This document shows positions 57,367-64,000 of a stretch of DNA of 64,000 nucleotides, piece after piece (within the stretch, counting starts at the first letter, position 1; each line of letters begins with the position of its first letter). The stretch comes from Candidatus Eiseniibacteriota bacterium. Its GTDB lineage: Bacteria; Eisenbacteria; RBG-16-71-46; CAIMUX01; VGJL01. Below the pieces are notes generated by a model. It made no database searches, was not told the DNA's origin, and saw only the letters and a list, made by a program, of their open reading frames with translations. The position numbers and the translations under genes are program-made. The stretch is taken from the NCBI GenBank assembly GCA_041946735.1, contig JBHGAY010000003.1, positions 150,951 through 214,950 of the forward strand. The letters run 5' to 3'.

Positions 57367-58689
57367 TTACAGCGTGAAGGTGAAGTCCTCGATCAGCGCC
57401 CCCGGGAGCTTGAAGCTCCCGACCGATCGCGCCCCGTAGGTCGTCGAATCGAGGACCATCTCCGTCTGATCGGTCAGCCCGACGAGATTCTCCCCGAACA
57501 TCCGGTAGATCGTCTCGTCGAAGCGCATGACCGACAGCGGCGCCTGGATCACCCCGTTCTCGACCCAGAACGTCGCGAAGCGGGTCATGCCGGTCATCCG
57601 GCAGCCGGGACGGTCCGAATAGTTCAGGTACCATAGGTTCCCGATCCAGACCCCCGTCCCCAGCCTCTCGAGCGCCTTTGCGGTAGGCACGGAGCCGGGA
57701 AGCATCTCGACCGATTCCGGCGCCTCCCAGGGAGAGGCGCCGTTCGTCTCCACCCCGTACTCCTTGGCGGAACGGGGCGAGACGAGCGAGTCCTTGTACC
57801 GTCCGTTCTCGATCAGGACGACCCGGTCCGGCTTGAGGAATCCCTGTTCCTGGAAGTCGGGCGCCACTCCCTCCGCGGTGTTCTCGCGGATCGTCACGGA
57901 GGGATGAAGCTTCGCCTCCCCTGTGATCAGCCGGAGGAGCGGAGATTGCTTCGTCCGGTTGTCCTTGAGGCCGAATCCGCCCCATCCCAGCATGCCCATG
58001 ATCTCGACCACGGCCGTCGGGCTCAGGTAGACCCGATAGTGCCCGGGTGGGACGGTACGCGGCGTGCGCGACAGGACGGAAAGCTGCTCCGCCGCGGTGT
58101 CGATCTTCGCCCGGAAGGCCGCCGCATCCCACTCGAACCCGGCGTATGCGCTCTTCACCGCCTTGTCGCCGGAATGGTAGAAGCTCCAGTCGAAGTTGAA
58201 CGAATAGGTGGAGAACCAATTGCGCTGCCCGAGAGAGTTCGCGAAGCCGGCGTGGATCCCGCCCGAGGCATAGATGCCGACGAGGTCCCGCCCTCGGCCG
58301 GCATCAAGGATCGCGTCGATCGCCTGCTTCGGCGAAGGCAGGCGATTCTCCTGATGCCGCTCGCGGGAGCGCACTTCGGTCGCGTAGAGGAGGTGCGGAT
58401 CCTCGGGAACGAGGGCCAGGTTGGCACGAAGCCTCTCGACCAGTTCGGCCGTCTTCGCCCGGTCCGTCTCCGGATCGCCGGTGAGGCTCACCGTTCCGGC
58501 GGCGTGCCGCTGGCCGTGAACCAGGTCCACGCTCAGGTATCGCTGCGTCACGCGGCCCGGCTGCCGGAGGAGGCTCTTGTTGAAGCGGACGAAGTCGGAT
58601 ACCTCTCCGCGGAACGTCGTGATGTGGACCTCGCCGGGACGCAGCAGCGTGTTCAGATGATCGGCCAGATCGTAGAAGTCCTGCTGCAT
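57367..58689 (-). CDS. tldE: TldE/PmbA-family protein
   Basis: FVRFN, PGHYRVYLSP and TGMTRFA..WVENG motifs; lacks HExxxH; adjacent to tldD. Confidence 0.88.
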   Translation of the reverse strand: MQQDFYDLADHLNTLLRPGEVHITTFRGEVSDFVRFNKSLLRQPGRVTQRYLSVDLVHGQRHAAGTVSLTGDPETDRAKTAELVERLRANLALVPEDPHLLYATEVRSRERHQENRLPSPKQAIDAILDAGRGRDLVGIYASGGIHAGFANSLGQRNWFSTYSFNFDWSFYHSGDKAVKSAYAGFEWDAAAFRAKIDTAAEQLSVLSRTPRTVPPGHYRVYLSPTAVVEIMGMLGWGGFGLKDNRTKQSPLLRLITGEAKLHPSVTIRENTAEGVAPDFQEQGFLKPDRVVLIENGRYKDSLVSPRSAKEYGVETNGASPWEAPESVEMLPGSVPTAKALERLGTGVWIGNLWYLNYSDRPGCRMTGMTRFATFWVENGVIQAPLSVMRFDETIYRMFGENLVGLTDQTEMVLDSTTYGARSVGSFKLPGALIEDFTFTL

Positions 58690-58690
58690 C

Positions 58691-60124
58691 TCACACACCT
58701 CCGAAGACGTCGACGCCGGTGAACATGCAGGCGGGGGAGGCGTGGCCCACACGGATCACCTGGTTCGGCTCCCCCTTGCCGCAGTTCGGAGTTCCCATCA
58801 CGAGGAACGACGCCTCGTTGCCGACCATCTTGAGGCTCCGCCAGAACGTGGCGGAGATCCCGCGATAGTTCGGGTTCTTGACGATCGTCGTCAGCTTGCC
58901 GTTCTCGATCCTTTGCCCCCACTCGCATCCGAACTGGAACTTGTTTCGCGAGTCGTCGATCGACCAGGAGCGGTTGGTCTTCATGTACACGCCGTCCTCG
59001 ACCGCCGCGATCATCTCCTCGAGCGTGGAGGAGCCGGCCTGGAGGTTCAGGTTCGCCATGCGGTCGATCGGCGGACGGTTCCATCCGGAGGCGCGCGCGT
59101 TGGCCACGCCCGGAATGCCGGACCGTCCCCGCGACGTCGTGCCGCCCAGCGTCCGCTTCAAGATCCCCTTCTCGATGATGTACTCGCGCTCCGCCTTCTG
59201 CCCTTCGTCGTCGAATCCGTAGCTCGCGAGCTGCTCGGTTCTCGTCGGGTCGAAGAGGATGTTCAGCAGATCCGATCCATACCTGTACGTCCCGACCATG
59301 TCGGGAGTGACGAAGCTCGTGCCGGCATAGTTGCGCTCGTCGCCGAGGATCCGGTCGAGCTCGAGGGGATGCCCGATCGATTCGTGGATCTGCAGGATCA
59401 TCTGGTCGGGATCGAGGACCACGTCGAGCTTTCCGGACGGACAGTTCGGCGCAGCGAGCAGCTCGAGCGCCTCCGTAGCGATCCGGCGCGCCGAGCCGTG
59501 GAAGCCGACCGCCTCGAGGATCTCGAGGCCGCCCTGGCGGCAGAAGCCCCGGCTTCCGAGACTCCGCGTCTGCGTCTCGGACCCCTCGTTGGCGGTTGCC
59601 GCCAGCATCGGGATCAGGAACGAGAAGGACTGCGTCGCCTCGTGCCCGTCCGCGGTCAGATAGAGCGAATCGACGTTGCCGTAGGAGATCGCGGAGTTCC
59701 AGTCGACGATCCGCCGGTCGATCGCCAGCTTCTTCGACTCCTCCATGACGATCGCCAGTTTCTCGTTCAGTGGGACCGACTCCCAGGGCCTCTCGACCTT
59801 GCCCTGGTAGTGCCCGTCGGGACGGTCCATCGCGATCTTCGAGAAGTCGGTCACGGCCCGGCCGGCGCTCGCCCGCGCCCAAGCGACCGCGTCCTCGGCC
59901 GCCCGCCGGAGCCCGGAGAGGGAGAGATCGCTGGTCGCCGCGTAGCCCAGCCCCCCGTGGTCGACGACCGTGATCATCGCTCCAAAGTCCTCCGAATACT
60001 GGAGCGGCTGAGGGATGTCCTGTCGAACGTGGACCAGCTCGTTCCGCTCGTTGACGAAGCGAAGCGAGCAGAAGTCGGCGGCGGGAGCGATCTCCCGGAA
60101 CCGCTGCTTGAGTTGCGCTTCCAG
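58691..60124 (-). CDS. tldD: TldD metalloprotease
   Basis: HESIGHPLE, FDDEG, DRMANL and NCGKGEP motifs; probable CTG start 6 nt after AAGGAGG. Confidence 0.92.
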   Translation of the reverse strand: MEAQLKQRFREIAPAADFCSLRFVNERNELVHVRQDIPQPLQYSEDFGAMITVVDHGGLGYAATSDLSLSGLRRAAEDAVAWARASAGRAVTDFSKIAMDRPDGHYQGKVERPWESVPLNEKLAIVMEESKKLAIDRRIVDWNSAISYGNVDSLYLTADGHEATQSFSFLIPMLAATANEGSETQTRSLGSRGFCRQGGLEILEAVGFHGSARRIATEALELLAAPNCPSGKLDVVLDPDQMILQIHESIGHPLELDRILGDERNYAGTSFVTPDMVGTYRYGSDLLNILFDPTRTEQLASYGFDDEGQKAEREYIIEKGILKRTLGGTTSRGRSGIPGVANARASGWNRPPIDRMANLNLQAGSSTLEEMIAAVEDGVYMKTNRSWSIDDSRNKFQFGCEWGQRIENGKLTTIVKNPNYRGISATFWRSLKMVGNEASFLVMGTPNCGKGEPNQVIRVGHASPACMFTGVDVFGGV

Positions 60125-60334
60125 AGGGCACCTCCTTGCCGGGTGGGATCGCCGTGGATCCCGAGGCTTTCGGGGCAGGGGTCCGAAACTGGGCAAGAAT
60201 ACCACGCTCGACGCAGGCCCCGGGAGACGGATCGTGGGCGATGCCGCCGCAATTCGAAAAATCCCTCTTGACCGTACCCCCCCGGCTCGTCGATACTGCC
60301 GACCACGCAGGAAAACCCAGGAGGAGACGATTTC

Positions 60335-60409
60335 ATGATGGGCATCCGAATGATCAACCCAGAGAAGGCCGTGCTCGGTTTTGCGAGCGCGGCCTGGGCG
60401 GGTGCCTGA
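60335..60409 (+). CDS. Putative 24-aa leader peptide MMGIRMINPEKAVLGFASAAWAGA
   Basis: Strong AGGAGGAG SD before ATG 60335; TGA at 60407-60409; followed by alternative hairpins; upstream of the ABC exporter. Below the ORF-track size cutoff. Confidence 0.55.
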   Translation: MMGIRMINPEKAVLGFASAAWAGA

Positions 60410-60445
60410 CGCAGTAACCCTCTGCTGAAAGAGGCGTGAACCTCG

Positions 60446-60474
60446 GACCCGCTCCCAGCCACGAGCGGGTCTTT
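60446..60474 (+). terminator. Attenuator-like hairpin in the ABC exporter leader
   Basis: GACCCGCTC, 8-nt loop, GAGCGGGTC, then TTT (short U-tract). Confidence 0.45.
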
Positions 60475-60666
60475 CCGTATCCGACCATTCCGGACTCCCC
60501 GCTCGCCGCTGGCCAGACGGCCACCCTCGACCCTTTCGGGTCGACCGACGACGACAAACGGTTGCGCTCCGGCTCGGACTCGGGCCGGAGCCGGAGACTC
60601 TCCATCCTCCGGCCTCGCCCGCCGCGGGCCCGGCGGCCGACGGGGGAGAGACGACGGGACGGGACG

Positions 60667-62829
60667 ATGCGATCGAAGTACCGGATGATCTGGGACCAGA
60701 TGCAGGGGGAGCGCCTGCGCTACGGCGCCGCGATCGCCTCGATGGCGATCGCCTCGATCCTGCTCTACCTCGTTCCCCTCGTGCCGCAGGCCGTCATCGA
60801 CGGCGTGATCGCGAGCGATCCCGGCAAGGCCTCGCCGCTCTCGCGCCGGATCATCGAGATGGCGGGCGGGCGGGAGGTTCTGCGCGAGCGGCTCTGGATG
60901 GCCGGAGCGGCGATGGCCGGGCTGACGGCGCTTGCCGGGATCTTCACCTACCTGCGCGGGCGCTGGTCCGCCATGGCGAGCGAAGCGATCGCGCGGAAGG
61001 TGCGCGACAGGCTCTACGACCATCTGCAGCACCTTCCGTGCGCCTATCACGACAAGGCGCCGACGGGAGATCAGGTGCAGCGCTGCACTTCCGACGTCTC
61101 GACGCTGCGCCAGTTCCTGGCGACGCAGGTCGTGGAGGTCGGGCGCGCCATCCTGATGCTGGTGGTTCCCCTGCCGCTCATGCTCGCGCTCGATGTGCGG
61201 ATGACGCTCGCCTCGCTCGTCGTCATTCCGCCGATCGTCCTCTTCTCGATCGTCTTCTTCCGGAAGGTGAAGCGTTCGTTCCTGAAGGTGGACGAAGCGG
61301 AAGGGCGCCTGACCGCGACGGCGCAGGAGAACCTGACCGGGATCCGGGTCGTGCGCGCCTTCGCGAGGCAGGAGTACGAGGAGCGGAAGTTCGACGGTGT
61401 GAACCGGACGCATCGCGATCTCGACAACCGGCTCTACCGGCTGATGGCCTGGTATTGGTCGGTTTCCGACCTGATGTGCATGGGCCAGAAGGCGATCGTG
61501 CTGGCGGTCGGGGGCTATGCGCTTGCGCAGGGGTCCCTGCCCGCCGGGACCTTCTTCTTCTTCCTTGCGGCGGTCAACCTCTTCATCTGGCCGATCCGGA
61601 TGATGGGGCGGATCCTGACCGACCTGGGGAAGGCAACGGTCGCCATCGGGCGGATCGAGGAGATCCTGGCGCAGCCGCGCGAAGCGGAGCCGCCACTTGG
61701 CCTGCTGGCCGCGGCCGCCCCGGCTGCTTCGGCCGCTGCGCAAGCTTTGGCCTCGTCGCATGCTTCGGCCGCCCCGGCTGCCTCCGCCGCGGCGCATGCT
61801 TCGGCCGCGGCGCATGTCTCGGCCGCCGCGGATAGTTCGCCGGTGTCGGCTTCGTCCGTGTCTCCGGCGGGCAGGAGTTTGACGACCCGCGGGCGCCTGC
61901 GGCGTGGCGGCATCGTCTTCGATCGGGTCTGGTTCGGCCATGGCTCGGCCGACGTCCTCCACGGCGTCTCCTTCCGGATCGAGCCCGGAGAGACCCTGGC
62001 GCTTCTCGGTCCGTCCGGATCCGGGAAGTCGACGATCGTGAGCCTCCTGCTGCGCTTCTACGATCCGCAGTCGGGAACGATCGAGATCGACGGGCACGAC
62101 ATCGGAACGCTTCCTCGCAAGGAGGTGCGCTCCGCGATCGCGGTGGTGATGCAAGAGCCGTTCCTCTACTCGAAGACGATCGCCGAGAACATCCGCCTGG
62201 GCAGGTCGGGAGCGCGAACGGAGGAGATCGTCGAGGCAGCATCGCGGGCGCGCGTGCACGAGGCGATCGCCGAGTTCGAGGCGGGGTACGAGACCCTGGT
62301 CGGCGAACGTGGGATCACGCTCTCGGGCGGACAGAGGCAGCGCGTCGCGATTGCGCGCGCCCTCCTCGACCCGGCTCCGATTCTGGTCCTCGACGACGCG
62401 TTGAGCGCCGTCGACACCGAGACGGAGGCGGAGCTTCTGGCCTCCCTGCGTGGTCGCAGAGGAGAGCGGACGACGATCCTGATCGCGCACCGGCTCTCGA
62501 CGCTTCGCGAAGCGGACCGGATCCTCGTCCTCGAGAATGGCCGCGTCGTTCAGGAGGGGACGCACGAAAGCCTCCGCCGCGGGGACGGGCTCTACGCGCG
62601 GCTATGGAAGATCCAGGCGGCCGTCGAGGCGGAGGGAGACGAAGCAGCGATTGGCGTGGCGGCCGGCCTGCCCGCGAACGAGGCGGCGGCGGCCGCGAAC
62701 CTGGCCACGAATGCAGCGACCGCGAACCTGGCCACGAATGCAGCGGCCGCGGATGTGACGGCGAACCTGACCGCTTTCCGGCGGAGCGGCCCGTCGAGCG
62801 GCGGCCGGCAACAAGAGGTGGCGTCATGA
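60667..62829 (+). CDS. ABC exporter subunit 1 (TMD+NBD, MsbA/TmrAB-like heterodimer)
   Basis: ENLTGIRVVRAF, GPSGSGKST, LSGGQRQR, ILVLDDALSAVD (Walker B followed by D rather than E) and IAHRLST motifs. Confidence 0.95.
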   Translation: MRSKYRMIWDQMQGERLRYGAAIASMAIASILLYLVPLVPQAVIDGVIASDPGKASPLSRRIIEMAGGREVLRERLWMAGAAMAGLTALAGIFTYLRGRWSAMASEAIARKVRDRLYDHLQHLPCAYHDKAPTGDQVQRCTSDVSTLRQFLATQVVEVGRAILMLVVPLPLMLALDVRMTLASLVVIPPIVLFSIVFFRKVKRSFLKVDEAEGRLTATAQENLTGIRVVRAFARQEYEERKFDGVNRTHRDLDNRLYRLMAWYWSVSDLMCMGQKAIVLAVGGYALAQGSLPAGTFFFFLAAVNLFIWPIRMMGRILTDLGKATVAIGRIEEILAQPREAEPPLGLLAAAAPAASAAAQALASSHASAAPAASAAAHASAAAHVSAAADSSPVSASSVSPAGRSLTTRGRLRRGGIVFDRVWFGHGSADVLHGVSFRIEPGETLALLGPSGSGKSTIVSLLLRFYDPQSGTIEIDGHDIGTLPRKEVRSAIAVVMQEPFLYSKTIAENIRLGRSGARTEEIVEAASRARVHEAIAEFEAGYETLVGERGITLSGGQRQRVAIARALLDPAPILVLDDALSAVDTETEAELLASLRGRRGERTTILIAHRLSTLREADRILVLENGRVVQEGTHESLRRGDGLYARLWKIQAAVEAEGDEAAIGVAAGLPANEAAAAANLATNAATANLATNAAAADVTANLTAFRRSGPSSGGRQQEVAS
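61708..61830 (+). repeat. Degenerate Ala/Ser/His repeat in the TMD-NBD linker of ABC subunit 1
   Basis: Recurrent GCATGCTTCGGCCGC and GCCCCGGCTGC units encoding AAAPAASAAAQALASSHASAAPAASAAAHASAAAHVSAAA. Confidence 0.7.
62693..62745 (+). repeat. 27-bp-period tandem duplication in the C-terminal tail of ABC subunit 1
   Basis: CCGCGAACCTGGCCACGAATGCAGCG occurs twice (ANLATNAA repeats). Confidence 0.85.
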
Positions 62830-64000
62830 TCGCAGACGAGCTGAGAGAAGAAGGCGAAGCGAAGCGCCGGATCGACGTCGGACTGTGGCGGCGCATCCTG
62901 CGGCACGCGGCGCCCTACCGGGCGCTGCTCGCCGGCATGGCCCTTTCCGGCCTCGCCGTGGCCGCGGTCGACACTCTGCTGCCGCGCGTGACCGGTTCGT
63001 TGATCGACACGGCCATCGCCGAAGGGTACGGGCCGAAGCTCTTGCGCAGCCTCGGCCAGTATCTCGCGCTGATCGTCGCTCTGGCGGCGCTCGTCTGGGT
63101 CTTCATCGTGCTGGCGGGGAAGATCGCGACCGGCTTCGCCTACGACGTGCGCCGGGCATCGTTCGCCCGCCTGCAGCAGCTTTCGCTCTCGTTCTTCGAC
63201 CACCGGCCGGTCGGCTGGCTGCTCGCCCGCGTGACTTCCGACTGCGAGAAGGTCTCGTCGATCCTGCCGTGGTTCCTCCTGGACATCGTCTGGGGAACCG
63301 CCCTGATCGCGGGAGCCAGCGTGAGCATGCTGCTCTTGAACGCGCGTCTCGCCCTGTTCGTGATCGCGCTGCTTCCGCTCGTCGTCGCCGCCAGCGTCTT
63401 CTTCCAGAGGCGGCTCCTGCAGAGCCAGCGCGACGTCCGCCGCGTCAACTCCGAGATCACGGCGAGCTTCACCGAGGCGATCCTCGGCGTCCGGACGACG
63501 AAGTCGCTCGTGCGCGAGGAGGAGAGCCTGCGCGAGTTCCAGCTCCAGTCCGATGCGATGTACCGCCACTCGGTCCGCAACGCGACCTACGCGGCGGTCT
63601 ATCTGCCGACCGTCCTCAGCTTCGGCGCCATCGGGACGGGCCTGGCTCTCTGGCAGGGAGGGATCCAAGCGCCCTTCGGCATCAGCCTGGGCACGCTCGT
63701 CGCCTTCCTGCAGTACGCGGCGTTCTTCTATGCGCCGGTGGAGGAAATGGCGGAACGCTTCACGGCGCTCCAAGCGGCGCAGGCATCGGCCGAGCGGATC
63801 CAGACCCTGCTCGACACGGAGCCGGAAATCGCCGACTCGCCGGCCGTGCTGCGCGCCATCGCATCCCACGAAGCCGCGCGGGCGCGCGGCGAGACGGCGG
63901 GCACGGCGGGCACGGCGGGCATGGCGAGCATCGCGGGCACGGCGGGCATGGCGAGCATCGCGGGCACCGCGGGCATGGCGAGCATCGCGGGCACCGCGGG
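62826..64000 (+). CDS. ABC exporter subunit 2, partial (runs off window)
   Basis: ATGA overlap; read manually as MIADELREEGEAKRRIDVGLWRRILRHAAPY..., with FFDHRPVGWLLARVTSD, EAILGVRTTK and QAAQASAERI. Confidence 0.92.
   Translation, partial: MIADELREEGEAKRRIDVGLWRRILRHAAPYRALLAGMALSGLAVAAVDTLLPRVTGSLIDTAIAEGYGPKLLRSLGQYLALIVALAALVWVFIVLAGKIATGFAYDVRRASFARLQQLSLSFFDHRPVGWLLARVTSDCEKVSSILPWFLLDIVWGTALIAGASVSMLLLNARLALFVIALLPLVVAASVFFQRRLLQSQRDVRRVNSEITASFTEAILGVRTTKSLVREEESLREFQLQSDAMYRHSVRNATYAAVYLPTVLSFGAIGTGLALWQGGIQAPFGISLGTLVAFLQYAAFFYAPVEEMAERFTALQAAQASAERIQTLLDTEPEIADSPAVLRAIASHEAARARGETAGTAGTAGMASIAGTAGMASIAGTAGMASIAGTA
63894..64000 (+). repeat. Tandem repeat of 9-bp subunits forming a 27-bp unit, in the linker of ABC subunit 2
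   Basis: ACGGCGGGC twice, then AC(G/C)GCGGGCATGGCGAGCATCGCGGGC three or more times, encoding TAGMASIAG. Confidence 0.9.

Overview
GC-rich bacterial window with about 42 supportable CDS. I saw no rRNA, tRNA, transposase, integrase or CRISPR array. The gene style suggests an FCB-group candidate lineage such as Ca. Eisenbacteria or Latescibacteria (inference): many signal-peptide proteins end either in an FlgD-Ig/T9SS-like C-terminal domain or in a short W-G-x-[IV]-[RK]-x-x-[YF]-R tail. In order the window holds secreted beta-propeller and other exported proteins, an RND efflux operon, a GntR gene with an M1-like peptidase, a VOC/DHFR-like pair, a 10-gene redox operon, a Cys8 zinc-finger gene with two tandem Ku genes, an NtrC-type two-component pair, an OmpA lipoprotein, a secreted zinc metalloprotease, an ECF sigma with a Ser/Thr kinase-STAND-TPR protein, a MalT/BTAD regulator, yciI, tldE, tldD and a heterodimeric ABC exporter preceded by a 24-codon leader ORF. 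The most striking feature is the minus-strand operon hdrC-hdrB-hdrA(N half)-nuoE-nuoF-[nuoG-like::hdrA(C half)]-mvhD-mvhG-mvhA-maturation protease. Here hdrA is split inside its inserted ferredoxin domain, a HydBC-like NAD(H) module lies in the gap, and a NuoG/HoxU-like Fe-S domain is fused to the C half. This would place two types of flavin-based electron-bifurcation module on one [NiFe]-hydrogenase, with an upstream sigma-54-like promoter abutting a Rex-like box. All family assignments come from motif recognition by eye; no searches were run.
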